From contig NC_068982.1 in the NCBI RefSeq assembly GCF_001194135.2, positions 20,729,872 through 20,793,871 on the forward strand: 64,000 bases of DNA. The letters run 5' to 3'. Each line of letters starts with the position of its first letter. Position 1 is the first letter of the stretch. Origin of the DNA: Octopus bimaculoides (lineage: Eukaryota). This document shows positions 1 to 13,860 of the stretch, one piece after another. The translations under genes were made by a program, and so were the position numbers. The notes beneath the pieces are model-generated. The model worked only from the letters and a program-made list of their open reading frames with translations, had not been told where the DNA came from and ran no database searches.

Positions 1-845
1 ACCGTTTCATACCAAGCGGCAGCATTGTTATTTGGAAATTTATGGGACGTTCTCTAATCTCAAATGTTTATGTTGTATGTTATTTAATATACTTGTATAT
101 TAAACAGAAACACACACACACTCGCACGCACACAGGAATTCACACTACAAACATACATATACATATATACAGGTATGTGCACATATATATATATATATAT
201 ATANNNNNNNNNNNNNNNNNNNNNNNNNNNNNNNNNNNNNNNNNNNNNNNNNNNNNNNNNNNNNNNNNNNNNNNNNNNNNNNNNNNNNNNNNNNNNNNNN
301 NNNNNNNNNNNNNNNNNNNNNNNNNNNNNNNNNNNNNNNNNNNNNNNNNNNNNNNNNNNNNNNNNNNNNNNNNNNNNNNNNNNNNNNNNNNNNNNNNNNN
401 NNNNNNNNNNNNNNNNNNNNNNNNNNNNNNNNNNNNNNNNNNNNNNNNNNNNNNNNNNNNNNNNNNNNNNNNNNNNNNNNNNNNNNNNNNNNNNNNNNNN
501 NNNNNNNNNNNNNNNNNNNNNNNNNNNNNNNNNNNNNNNNNNNNNNNNNTATATATATGTATATATATATGTATATATGTGGGGGGAGGGCGTCTCTGTG
601 TGTGTTTATACAAAATACGTACCATTCAATGAGAACACACACGAACATATATGTAGGGATGAGTATTCATATGGATCCGTATTTTTGACTGTTCCCGATT
701 GTGTTTACAAATCCATAACAATATATTGCTGTTTAAATCGTGGCATTGTTGATGTGTAAAATGCATATTCCAAGGTGAAAAAAAAATCACGTCACATTCA
801 TTTTACAACTGTAGTGCATATTATTATTGTTGTTGTTGTTGTTAA

Positions 846-977
<132 letters not shown>

Positions 978-2986
978 GTTAATTTCATCTTCATCATTAT
1001 TAAATTTATTTATATTTTTGTTATTGCAATTATTATTTCCACAATGATAAAAATAAAAATAAAAATAATTATTATTATTATTATAACGATAGAAATATAA
1101 TCATAATAATAAGAAGAACATCAGAATGAAATAACAATTATAAAGAAGTAACTATAATACCAATAAAAGCAACAATAATGATACAGACAATAGGATGAAA
1201 GCAATACAGGTTATATTATTACGCTAATGGATGATGCGCTTAAAATAGCATTAAATTCTTGGCAGTAATTGATCTTGTTTAAGGGTAACACAAAAGGAAT
1301 ATTTTCAATACCTGAGCAACGATGAAAAACAGGTTAACGTATATAGTATTTGATGAACGAGAATAAATATCGACGGCATATGAAGGTTGAATACTTAAAA
1401 AGAATAATCATTATAATATTCACTCACAAACACGCACACAAAGCGGTCTGATATAAACACATACAGAAACACACTCATATGCATGTATGGATGAATGTAT
1501 AAATATATATACATATATATATANNNNNNNNNNNNNNNNNNNNNNNNNNNNNNNNNNNNNNNNNNNNNNNNNNNNNNNNNNNNNNNNNNNNNNNNNNNNN
1601 NNNNNNNNNNNNNNNNNNNNNNNNNNNNNNNNNNNNNNNNNNNNNNNNNNNNNNNNNNNNNNNNNNNNNNNNNNNNNNNNNNNNNNNNNNNNNNNNNNNN
1701 NNNNNNNNNNNNNNNNNNNNNNNNNNNNNNNNNNNNNNNNNNNNNNNNNNNNNNNNNNNNNNNNNNNNNNNNNNNNNNNNNNNNNNNNNNNNNNNNNNNN
1801 NNNNNNNNNNNNNNNNNNNNNNNNNNNNNNNNNNNNNNNNNNNNNNNNNNNNNNNNNNNNNNNNNNNNNNNNNNNNNNNNNNNNNNNNNNNNNNNNNNNN
1901 NNNNNNNNNNNNNNNNNNNNNNNNNNNNNNNNNNNNNNNNNNNNNNNNNNNNNNNNNNNNNNNNNNNNNNNNNNNNNNNNNNNNNNNNNNNNNNNNNNNN
2001 NNNNNNNNNNNNNNNNNNNNNNNNNNNNNNNNNNNNNNNNNNNNNNNNNNNNNNNNNNNNNNNNNNNNNNNNNNNNNNNNNNNNNNNNNNNNNNNNNNNN
2101 NNNNNNNNNNNNNNNNNNNNNNNNNNNNNNNNNNNNNNNNNNNNNNNNNNNNNNNNNNNNNNNNNNNNNNNNNNNNNNNNNNNNNNNNNNNNNNNNNNNN
2201 NNNNNNNNNNNNNNNNNNNNNNNNNNNNNNNNNNNNNNNNNNNNNNNNNNNNNNNNNNNNNNNNNNNNNNNNNNNNNNNNNNNNNNNNNNNNNNNNNNNN
2301 NNNNNNNNNNNNNNNNNNNNNNNNNNNNNNNNNNNNNNNNNNNNNNNNNNNNNNNNNNNNNNNNNNNNNNNNNNNNNNNNNNNNNNNNNNNNNNNNNNNN
2401 NNNNNNNNNNNNNNNNNNNNNNNNNNNNNNNNNNNNNNNNNNNNNNNNNNNNNNNNNNNNNNNNNNNNNNNNNNNNNNNNNATAATAATAATAATAATAA
2501 TAACAATAATAATAATAATAATAATTATTATTATTATTTTAAGTGGTGTTAAATACTAACTATTAATAATGATGTTGATGATGATGATAATACCAACAAC
2601 AACAACAACAACAGCAGCAATAATAATAATAATAATAAAAATCTGAAGGGCATAACAATGAATATTTCATTATACGTTTCTGAGGCTAAAACTACGACTA
2701 GATTCACAACTGTTATAAATCTAACACATTTAAACAGAGAATTCAAGAAATTTAATAAAAAAATTTACTTATGATATTAATATCAATAATATTGAAGCAG
2801 TAATAACAACAATCATAATAAAAACAGTTTTAATAACAATGATGATAGTGATGATAATGAGATTATGGTGATGATGATGATGAGGATTATGAGGATTATG
2901 ACCGTCTTCATGACCACGACTACTGCAATGATGCTACTACTGCTGCTGCTGCTGCTGCTGCTGAAATTAATCATTTCTTTCCAACT

Positions 2987-3180
2987 TTGGCACGAGACAA
3001 GGAATTTTGTTGGACAGGGGCCGTCTATTAGATTGCTACCCGTTCTTATCTGGTACGCATTTTATCCACCCGGAGGAGATTAAGGGGAAAGTTTTCCTCG
3101 GCATTATTTCAGGTTTTAACGTAAAATGCCGGAAGAAAAGTGCTAACGAAATTACCCGACGGCCTAACGCATCCAGCATC
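2987..3180 (-). mobile_element. tRNA-derived SINE (octopus-type family A), degenerate copy
   Basis: Reverse-oriented match to the better copies at 37054 and 55784 (GGCAC(A/G)AG...TGGTAC..TTTTATC.ACCC...AAAGT..CCTCGGC...AACGTAAA...GCTAAC). Confidence 0.65.
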
Positions 3181-3413
3181 GTTATAATATAATGATGATG
3201 ACGATGTTGCTTCCGCTGATGATGGTAATGATGGTTTCTTATCAGTTATGCGCTGACCCGTCATTTGGACACGAAGACTTGACTGGTAAACTATTTTATT
3301 AACTCTGATAAATGGAAAGCATTGTTGACTTCGTTGATATTTGAACTCAGTATATATGAAAGAGAAGAAATGTCACGAAGAATTTTGCGATGTCCTTACA
3401 ATATATGTCTCCA

Positions 3414-3426
3414 CAACAACAACAAC

Positions 3427-3494
<68 letters not shown>

Positions 3495-3517
3495 TAATAA
3501 TAATAATAATAATAATA

Positions 3518-3571
<54 letters not shown>

Positions 3572-3590
3572 ACAACAACAATAATAATAA
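3414..3590. repeat. Compound (AAC)/(AAT)n then (TTA)n microsatellite (self-complementary halves)
   Basis: Direct reading; an (AAT)n run is followed by a (TTA)n run. Confidence 0.95.
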
Positions 3591-4160
3591 ACAGCTGGAA
3601 ACTTTGCGATGATAAATGATAAAAACACATATATGAAAGAGAACATGTATAAAGAATGCTATAGACGTGTTAGGTTAATACTGAAAACAGAGCTCAATGC
3701 GAAAAACTAGATAATACTTATCAACACTCTAGCCGTCCCAGTTATACTTTACAGCTAGAATGTCCTTAACTGGTCACTAAATGAACTAATCATTATAGAC
3801 ATGAAACCAAAAAAATGACAGGATTTAACATGCACTGCCCAAAATCTGACATAGAGGCCTTATACAGTCACAAAACTATTACAAGATAACAACCACAGGA
3901 CTACAAAAATACCCACTATAGGAGCAACGAAAACTAATACAAATTTCCACAAAACACGAACAAAGCTGTGTTCAGTCTTTAAAGAAGCTGACAAGTACAA
4001 AATATTCATAAAACCTAACAACTATGAAGAACAAGACGAAACAAGAAAATTTGTAAAACAACTGAAATCAAAAAAAAAAAAAACTGGACCAGCAACGGAT
4101 CATGATAAAACGATGTCGCGAAAAGCCACTTCCTGGCAAATACTAGGTTAAACTAATCGC
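3590..4160 (+). mobile_element. R4/Dong-clade non-LTR retrotransposon fragment (post-RT region), decayed
   Basis: Frameshifted translation KECYRRVRLILKTELNAKN*IILINTLAVPVILYS*NVLNWSLNEL...MHCPKSDIEALY...EKPLPGKY resembles R4/Dong ORFs; it sits directly after (AAT)n/(TTA)n tracts. Confidence 0.75.
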
Positions 4161-4161
4161 A

Positions 4162-4221
<60 letters not shown>

Positions 4222-4246
4222 NNNNNNNNNNNNNNNNNNNNNNNNN

Positions 4247-4337
<91 letters not shown>

Positions 4338-4344
4338 CGACTAT

Positions 4345-4765
4345 GACGATTTGAAGAGGGAAATACGAAGGTTGTAGTCAATGAAAAATAGTAAAAATGA
4401 TACCAATAATAAATTAGTGCACTTGGCAATATTAGCACTCGGCTACTTACACGGCTGAAGAAGATTGGTGCAAGTGTGAATGGAGAACACCTACAAAAAT
4501 CAGCATTGCTTGGAACTGCAAGATTACTTGGTAGGGTTCTTGAAGCATAACCAGTTAACAAATATCACCTTAGTCTACTGGCTAGACCAGAAGCACACCC
4601 ATCAGTGGCTACGAAGCTCAAGGCTACAGGCAGAGACTGAAGGCTTTATCTCGGCTGCTAAAGATCAGAACTTATTGACCTGAAACTATCAAGCTAATAT
4701 GAGAAATGATGTAGACCTAAAGCGCCGACACTGCAACGATGGGATAGACCTCATTTTTCAATGGC
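4345..4765 (+). mobile_element. R4/Dong-clade fragments: C-terminus/3'UTR followed by the pre-zinc-knuckle segment
   Basis: PIIISALGN...EHLQKSALLGTARLLGRVLEA* (ends 4550), then HQWLRSSRLQAETEGFISAAKDQNLLT*NYQ...RRHCND; both motifs are typical of R4-clade RLE elements. Confidence 0.75.
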
Positions 4766-4931
4766 CCCATAACTGAATAGATGTTGGCGTGGGTTCCCAC
4801 CCCGGCATCCGAAACTCGGAGTTTTATCATGGCTACCGAATAAGTGCCACATATTTTTACAGATAAATTCCTCTATTTATATAATATCGAGGTCCCTTTC
4901 TTTCTTTTGTTGTCCTTTCTATCAATATATA

Positions 4932-4994
<63 letters not shown>

Positions 4995-4998
4995 ATTT

Positions 4999-5506
4999 AT
5001 AGTAATAGTTATCGCCAAACTTACATGGCGATCCAGAAAAATAGGACGAATGCTGCCGGTGATTAGCTCCAAGAGGCCATCGCCTCTAGCTAGCTATGAC
5101 ACATGAACCTGTATCCATTTTAACCTTCGAACAGGGGGAGGTCAGCGGCTTTCCCTTGCTGGTCTGGCTTCTACAGACTAGTTTCAGGGTATTTGCCCTG
5201 GATCTACGAAATCCAGTGGATGTATTCCACTGAATTTAGGTAAATAATCCTTCGTACAGACGGTGAGTAGCGACACCTGCTTGGTTCGGCTGCTCTACAT
5301 TAATAAGGGGAAAATAACCTGAAACTAATCTATAGATGTCAGACTAACAACGGGAAGCGGCTGACCTCCCCTGCTCGAAGGTTATAATGGACACACATTT
5401 GTGTGTCACATAGCTAGCTAGAGGCGATGGCCTCTTGGAGCTAATCAATGGCAGCATTCGTCCCATTTTTCTGGACTGACATTAGTTTGGCGATGACTAT
5501 CAATAT
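4999..5506. mobile_element. Fold-back/MITE-like element with ~200 bp terminal inverted repeats
   Basis: 4999-5199 is an imperfect reverse complement of 5307-5506, with long exact cores such as GATTAGCTCCAAGAGGCCATCGCCTCTAGCTAGCTATG / CATAGCTAGCTAGAGGCGATGGCCTCTTGGAGCTAATC; no ORF. Confidence 0.8.
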
Positions 5507-5546
5507 CCAGTGCCGCTGGCGTAGTCTCCTTTAGAGAGACTTAGAA

Positions 5547-5555
<9 letters not shown>

Positions 5556-5641
<86 letters not shown>

Positions 5642-5646
5642 TGTGT
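5556..5646. repeat. (GT)n microsatellite
   Basis: Direct reading. Confidence 0.95.
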
Positions 5647-5647
5647 A

Positions 5648-6927
5648 CAGTGTGCGTAAGGTATTTCAGGACATACCTTTATTGTATCGTTGCTGCATTT
5701 TTTGCTAATTTTGTAGAATCTTTATTTGAGAAAAGGATAATAGCAGACCCTCAGCTTACTCAAGAAATGAAAAGGCATGCTATTATTGCTATTATAAAGG
5801 CTGAACATTGCGATTTAGGAATATCTCGATTTTTAAATGTTGCCAGGTATTTCGTCTCCAAAGCTTGTAAGGAGTTAGAGACTGAAGACGGAAACGTATC
5901 ACCAGTATCAAAGCACAAAAAGCATTCTAAACGCACAGAATTCATCAAAATACTTGAATTAATCTAGCAAGTTCAGCAGATCATTGATTACAATCCTAGA
6001 AAATCCATGAGGTCAAGTGCAAAACATTTCCATGTGTCAGAAGGAACAGTCAGAAATGCTGTGCACGAAGACATCAGATATATGACTTATATGATGAGGA
6101 AAAGGTCAATTTGTCAGAAAAAGCAAACGAAAATCACAACATAAAATTTAAAAGGATCTTAAACAAACTGAAAGATCTAACAGCAGAAGATTTCAGTTGT
6201 TTTTTCTCAAACGAGAAAAATTTCGACCAAGATGAAAAAGTTACAATAAGAAATGACAGATGGTTACGTGCAGACCCTTCTAAAGTCCCAAGTTTTATTT
6301 ATTGAACATTTTCTGCAACTGTCATGGTTTTAGAGGTTGTCAGCAATGAAGGACATGTGATGCTTTCTTACTTCTTTCCACAATTAAGGATGCCTCCTTA
6401 CCTCTTTCCACATGGCCTCTATTGCCTACATTGAAGTCCTGGAAGTAATTGTGAAACCCTGGATAGACAGTATATGCAATGGGAGGCCATATGTGTTTCA
6501 GTAAAACTTTGCACTATCACACATGGCTCTAGTAACACAGGAATGGATGTCTGAAAATTTTCACGATCACATAACCCCTAACACTTGGCTTCCTAATTCC
6601 CAAGATCTTAATCCATTGGAGTATTACATGTGGAGCGTTGTTGAGAGATATGTCAATGAGCACGCCAATAACACCAGAGATTTTTTGAAAGCTGCCATAG
6701 TCAGAGTAATGTCCAAAATGAACCAGGGCTACTTGATTCGAAGATGAGTGAAATCTCATACAGAAATATTTCGTGATGCTGAAGGTGGCATTATTGAATA
6801 ACATTATAGTAAAGAAGGTCTACTTTTATCCTGATAGTATTTTTTGATAAATAAATGTATTATCAGTTATTATATGTATATATTTCTTATAAATATAAAT
6901 CTCTCCTCAAATATCTTACGCACCATA
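5648..6927 (+). mobile_element. Tc1/mariner DD37D (maT/Bmmar1-like) transposon, full length, pseudogenised
   Basis: 24-bp TIRs (5648-5671 vs 6904-6927, 19/24 match) flanked by TA. Broken transposase: MKRHAII...VHEDIRY...FFSNEKNFDQD...GRPYVFQ*NFALSH...WLPNSQDLNPLEYYMW. There are 37 residues between the 2nd and 3rd catalytic positions. Confidence 0.9.
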
Positions 6928-8455
6928 TACATATATATCTATATCTATATGTATATATATATATATATNNNNNNNNNNNNNNNNNNNNNNNNNNNNNNNN
7001 NNNNNNNNNNNNNNNNNNNNNNNNNNNNNNNNNNNNNNNNNNNNNNNNNNNNNNNNNNNNNNNNNNNNNNNNNNNNNNNNNNNNNNNNNNNNNNNNNNNN
7101 NNNNNNNNNNNNNNNNNNNNNNNNNNNNNNNNNNNNNNNNNNNNNNNNNNNNNNNNNNNNNNNNNNNNNNNNNNNNNNNNNNNNNNNNNNNNNNNNNNNN
7201 NNNNNNNNNNNNNNNNNNNNNNNNNNNNNNNNNNNNNNNNNNNNNNNNNNNNNNNNNNNNNNNNNNNNNNNNNNNNNNNNNNNNNNNNNNNNNNNNNNNN
7301 NNNNNNNNNNNNNNNNNNNNNNNNNNNNNNNNNNNNNNNNNNNNNNNNNNNNNNNNNNNNNNNNNNNNNNNNNNNNNNNNNNNNNNNNNNNNNNNNNNNN
7401 NNNNNNNNNNNNNNNNNNNNNNNNNNNNNNNNNNNNNNNNNNNNNNNNNNNNNNNNNNNNNNNNNNNNNNNNNNNNNNNNNNNNNNNNNNNNNNNNNNNN
7501 NNNNNNNNNNTATATATATATATATTAGTGTGTATGTGTGTGTTTGTGTGTGTGTTTGTGTGTGTTTGTGTGTGTGTATCTTGCTATATGTGTCGAAGCA
7601 ATATTGACTTTACTTTAGAGACTGCCGAACAGAAGCCTTTGATATGTTTGCTGACACATTTTGCACAAACAGATAGATTCAGTACAAATCAATTTTTATA
7701 GAAAGCCTAGAATCTGTACTGATTTCAGGGATTAATCACTTGATCGACTACACGATTGAGAGAATCATTTTGGGATAACTGTTTCTAAATCTGAAAACCA
7801 CATTTTTATTTGCATTCAAGCTCTATCATTTTCATTAATGATCGTTGTCATATTTTATTCATATTCCATTTGGATTTAGAATTTTGTGTAGTAGTATTGA
7901 TTTCACTATTAATAATACTGATACTATTACTACTATCGTAATGATTTATAATCTTATTGCTATGAGTATTTTAGAAATGAGAATAATGAAAATAAAATTA
8001 ACAGCAATGATAATATTCGTACAATCATCATCATTATCGGTATAATGAAAAAAAAAATTAAATAAATAAATAAACAACAGTTTCAATTAATATAATTTAT
8101 TAGTAGATTGTTATCAACATATCTATGTTTGATCGCTTGTATACTGCAATGACGACTCTTATCTGTTTATCTTTCCTAGAATATTTCCTGTATATGGAGC
8201 CTGAAAATTCGCCATTACTAGTTTGTGTGGATTAATGAAATCGTCGTGTTTTGTCTTTTATTGTAGTGTATCAACACTCAACTCAAACATATATGTAGTT
8301 ACTGATAGACACACACATCTATTCTCTCTTAGGAAACAAACTGTGAATAGCTCGCTCGTTCGCTCACACTTACGTAAATATACACACCCACAAGAGCATG
8401 CATGTAAGTGTATATGTAAATAAATTGGTTTTATACTTACACACACACACACACC

Positions 8456-8491
<36 letters not shown>

Positions 8492-9125
8492 NNNNNNNNN
8501 NNNNNNNNNNNNNNNNNNNNNNNNNNNNNNNNNNNNNNNNNNNNNNNNNNNNNNNNNNNNNNNNNNNNNNNNNNNNNNNNNNNNNNNNNNNNNNNNNNNN
8601 NNNNNNNNNNNNNNNNNNNNNNNNNNNNNNNNNNNNNNNNNNNNNNNNNNNNNNNNNNNNNNNNNNNNNNNNNNNNNNNNNNNNNNNNNNNNNNNNNNNN
8701 NNNNNNNNNNNNNNNNNNNNNNNNNNNNNNNNNNNNNNNNNNNNNNNNNNNNNNNNNNNNNNNNNNNNNNNNNNNNNNNNNNNNNNNNNNNNNNNNNNNN
8801 NNNNNNNNNNNNNNNNNNNNNNNNNNNNNNNNNNNNNNNNNNNNNNNNNNNNNNNNNNNNNNNNNNNNNNNNNNNNNNNNNNNNNNNNNNNNNNNNNNNN
8901 NNNNNNNNNNNNNNNNNNNNNNNNNNNNNNNNNNNNNNNNNNNNNNNNNNNNNNNNNNNNNNNNNNNNNNNNNNNNNNNNNNNNNNNNNNNNNNNNNNNN
9001 NNNNNNNNNNNNNNNNNNNNNNNNNNNNNNNNNNNNNNNNNNNNNNNNNNNNNNNNNNNNNNNNNNNNNNNNNNNNNNNNNNNNNNNNNNNNNNNNNNNN
9101 NNNNNNNNNNNNNNNNNNNNNNNNN

Positions 9126-9162
<37 letters not shown>

Positions 9163-9941
9163 GTGTGTGTGTATATGTGTGTATGTGTTTGTGTGTGTGT
9201 ATGTGTTTGTGTATTTATTTCTGTACGTATGCATGTGTGCTTATGTATGGATATGTTTTTTGAAGTTTCACATCTGACAGGAAGAAGTACAAATTTATAA
9301 CATTGTATTTATGTCCTGTTAGCTGAATCAGTCCTGAATAGTGTGACCTAGGTACTATAGACGAGAAATCATGGATACATTTTGACATAACTCCCAACAT
9401 AGATTGATGCTTAGAAGCATTAGAACCGTCTAAAAATATATGCCAATAATTACATATAGCTCATCTTATATTGTTATTTATAAAATGTCTTTCTTTCCTA
9501 TATACTCTCTTTCTCTCGTCCACTTTCCCTCCCAACCACCCAGAAAGAAATATACACGCGCACACACACATACCAACAGAGATGTTCCAAACGGAATAGT
9601 CTGTAATGGAGAGTTATTTTTTTAATTGTAGCTTTAAGGCAAAATTATTTACGGAATTTCTGTCGTTTCATCTCACAAATTCACGAAAATGAAAGAAAGT
9701 AGGAGAAAATCTAATTTGGTGTAAATTCAGAATTAGAGAGAAAACGTTTTGCTGTTAAAGGAGAATGGAAAATACACATATAAATGTATAATATAAACAT
9801 AGATACACACGTTTATGCATACATGAATATACGGATACCTATACACACACATATACACACGTATCTATAAGCGTTTACATTTCTATATACGCATGCATAC
9901 AAACACACACACACACGCACACATATATATATATATATATG

Positions 9942-9981
<40 letters not shown>

Positions 9982-10353
9982 TACATAAACACACACACAC
10001 ATATATATATGTGAATGTATGCATGTATATGTGCGTATGTGTGTGTATAAATAACTATACATATACATACCTAAATTTTATGACAATATTTTAATGATAT
10101 AGTTTGTAAGTGACTTTAGCTTGTATAAGGAGAAAGCGTTGTACAAGTTGATTATAATAGGGATTCAAAGATCTATTTTTCTTTGCTGTTTACCAGTTAA
10201 ATCTTGAGGAATTGGCATTACGTATGAAGTTTTGAGACTTCCGAGACTGGTGAGCAAGTTAAGTTTTAACCATATTTTACATCTCCTTGTTTCAATTTTA
10301 CAAAGAGAAGTGTCCATTAGCTAGAGTTTCTAGTGAGAAAACACTGAGCATAA

Positions 10354-12636
10354 CATAGGGCAACAAAAAAAGATTTATTGTCTGCCACCCAAACAAATAG
10401 TGCTGTATTAAGCTAAATCGAGTTAAATTCATAGTAAATAATTATCATAATAGTATATTAATACTTTATATAGTAAATTTATGTTCAAGGCAAATAATAT
10501 TATAATATAATGGTACATATAAATTTTATGTTAAGGGAATACTCACTTTATTTTTGATATGCTCAGCTCAGAAATGTTTTTGAGACATTTACATTTGCGC
10601 TTATGCGCTTTTCTTCTCTATTGTTTTAGGAAGAAGCAGTAGAACAGATTCAATCATGTAGGATTGAATCGGCTTTGACACCTCGTTTCCATTTCAAATA
10701 TTTCCTAGTGGAACCTGTCGCCATGCTTATCACTAAGGGCACCAAAATTCGTTCGAAAAATCGAGATGATAATGGAAGAAGTCCATTTTAAGGGAATTCG
10801 GCATCCCATTATTTCAGACGCTGTTCCCATCCTGTTTATTAAATCAGCATAGTTTTCAACTCTATAATTTCTAAGAAAGATCTGTACAACTGACACGAAT
10901 GAATCTCATGCCGTCAGCTCAACTGGATTCAGTTTAACTCCGATTTTGCTATCAGATACCAATTCTTTGATCTTGGGTCCAATGAAAATGCCTTTCAGTT
11001 TTGCGTCACTTTTCTCTGGACTGGACTAAATTTTATTTTTGGGTACTGGAAGCCACAAACATCGTGTGTCATTGAATTACGAAGTTTTTCATGAAGCCGA
11101 GTTTGACCTGAAGGTGTGGAAGGAAGATCTTTTGCTGGTCTACCAGTGGCATATGCAGCACATTGTACCGACCAACTACGCGTTCATGTCTTTTAGGCCA
11201 GTCTTTTATAGCTGTCGTCACGGTTGTTCAAAACACGTATGAAGTACATATTTTTGGTATATTCCAGGTGCAGTCCTATGGGAGAGCGAAATCACCTTTA
11301 AACCACTACAAATATTCCACGTATGAACTGAGTAATTACCTCCTTTCGGAATGAGCTCCATCGATTCATGAGTGTCTTCAATACCGACGACATGACGCAC
11401 AGGAATAGAAGGTTTTTCATTACCATTATGTGACAACACAGCTTTGAGGCTAACCTTACTCGAGTCTACAAGTAATCTCCATTCGTTAGCCACATGCACG
11501 TGTCCTACTTTTGCATGAGTGCATTAACGTCAGTACAGAAACAAGCATTATTTTCTTGCTTGAAAAAGACAGATAAGCGTTTATGCTGAGAACAGGAAAT
11601 GGATATTTTTGTACCTTGCTGTAGTAGATTCCGTTGTTGAAGTTTGAACCCCAAAACTTCTACCCTCTCCTTTGACAAGGCTAGGTATCTTGCTAAATTG
11701 TTAACATCTTACTAAAGAAACTAGCTGGCTCATTTTTGTTAGAATTAACTACGTACTCTTCGTTGATAAGACAGTCAGAAGGTTCATCGTGCGACGTTTC
11801 AAGACTTCCAAGTGAAGCATCTGAGAGGGAAACTGGGACAGTGTTCTCGAAGTCGTATAGGACCGCTTTTAGAGCCGACTTACAATTCTCATACAGAATT
11901 TTGGCTTTGGTCTTCTTTGAGAAACCACAAATATTAATCATGCTAAAGTAACAATTAGAGACATGACTGACTGGGTCACGCCATACCATTGGTACAGCAA
12001 AAGGCATTCCCTCCGTTTTCTATTCAGCCACTGTGTAAGCCCTGAGTAACACACGGTGCAGTGTATATGAGGTGCCCACCTCTTGTCTTGATCTCCAACT
12101 TTACACCCGAAATAATATTTATAGGCAGTTTTTAATTTGCTGGCAATGTTCTTCTGCTAGTCGCGCGGAGCAAATTTACCACAGACATAACAAAAGTTGC
12201 CTGGATAATTCACACTCCTATTCATGATCTAATACAATGAAAACAGTTAAAACTGTAATCCCGTCGAGTGAGAGATACACATACCACACGTGGCGGCAGC
12301 GCATACGACACTGAGAGTTACAAAGAACAAACTGACGTATTTGGCATTGCACGCAATGCGTCAGCGCCATCTATTGCTAAACTAAATAGTGAACTTTCTC
12401 TTCGTTTGTTTTATTGCTGCTATTTCTTTAACTTTGAAGTAAGACCACTTTCATTTAAGCAAATTTTATAATACGTTCTATATCTAGCCGAAAGTATAGT
12501 TATAATATTGTGCCTGTGCATAACTCAAAAGCCTAATGTGCTAGAACAATTCTGAGAGCGGATTCATAATCAGCATCCTCGATTTACTCTAAAACACTTG
12601 CTTCTTCCCCAGTAGCAAAATCTTTGTTGTCTAGTG
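10354..12636 (-). mobile_element. Chapaev3-like (CMC superfamily) DNA transposon, near full length, decayed
   Basis: Termini CACTAGACAACAAAGATT (minus strand from 12636) and CATAGGGCAACAAAA (10354), with TAA on both sides as a 3-bp TSD. Transposase fragments: NFCYVCGKF, YKYYFGCKVGDQDKRWAPHIHCTVC, MPFAVPMVWRDP, WRLLVDSSKVSLKAVLSHNGN, WNICSGLKVI. Confidence 0.8.
10590..12225 (-). pseudogene. Disrupted transposase CDS of the Chapaev3-like element
   Basis: Probable start MNRSVNYPGNFCYVCGKF at 12225; multiple stops and frameshifts; ORF-track pieces 11693-12007, 11218-11499 and 10705-10896. Confidence 0.75.
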
Positions 12637-13249
12637 TAATGTTCTCCGTGGGATGAGGCATCAGCAGCAAGGTTCGGGGAAGAGAGATTTGACAGCAGCG
12701 ACAGAAACGACAACGACGACGACGACGACAACAACCCCAGAAATGTAACTGTGCGTGTCAGCCAGAGACTAGATCGTGTGCTTTAGGGAGTGATACATGT
12801 TAACATGCATTTCAGGATGTCTGTGCTTGTAGAAACATGTTCATCATTGTTGCGGGGCAGTGCTGCCCGTGAGCTTTATTTCCGCATTGTGTATTGAGTG
12901 AGCTGCTGTGGACTGAAATGCTCTTTGTCTACCAAGTACCAGTTTTTGCAATTTGGTACTAGCAATTTTAAAGCTGTTTCAGCCCTCAGTTATTACCAGT
13001 GATAATGTCTCCCTGAATTCAAAGTAAATATAAGCGATATAACTGAGTACTCTTTCCGTTTTATTGCGCATTGTGTTATTCTATTGATATAAATATTAAT
13101 TTATGTATCTGTATTGAAAACGAACAATTTCGCACGATCTAACTGAAGTTCACTCGGTATAGAATTGATACAGCTTTGGTTTTTGGTTACAAGGCTTAAT
13201 GTAGTTTATGCTGGATAAAATTATAAGGAAAGATGCGTGATGTTATCTG

Positions 13250-13860
13250 TATTGGCGTCATTGGATTTAGAGATGGGTAGATGTTTGAAGTGCGGGAGGA
13301 AGAAGGTGAAGGACAAAAATGTTCCCTGCGTAAAACCTTAGTTTTTTAGGCATGGAGTAGAAAGAGTTTTGCTTAGAAGCTACGAATTCATGAGATGATA
13401 GATGGATGGACCTCGTTGTTGGAAGGATTTGACACGACATTCGCATAATGGTTTCCGGGGAGAGTTCTCTATCTTCTACTGGAAACAAGATGGGGGTGAC
13501 ACAGAAGAGAATGTAAAATAGAGTGTGAGTCACTAGCGGATTGCTTGAGGGAAAGCTGGACTTGTGATCACTGGGTGGAGATAAAGTTTTGGGGAGAGAG
13601 AGAGAAATGGGTATAAAATTGAAGTTTGTGGATCACTGCTTTATAGATAAGTACACGAGCGTTTAGAGACTTTACACTTGAGAAAAGGAAGCATTTGGTA
13701 GAAAAAGAAAACTGTAAATTTACAAAATTGTAGAAAAATGCTTAAGAGGAAATAACAGTCGTGGGAGTTTTGTATGTTTGAATAATGCTGTAGGGAAACT
13801 ATTTTGTAATGGAAAAATGTTCCAAATAAAATGGAAAATCCCTTTATATTTTGGGACTGT
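13250..13860 (-). mobile_element. Possible highly decayed CR1/L2/Jockey-type LINE 3' fragment
   Basis: Only weak motif remnants (LIYKAVI ~ LYKAQIRP; LSSH ~ LSSHP in the post-RT region). Confidence 0.35.

Noticed and set aside
12637-13040. GC-richer block next to the Chapaev3 end, possible solo LTR
   Set aside because: No second copy, PBS/PPT or clear TSD is visible; cannot be supported.
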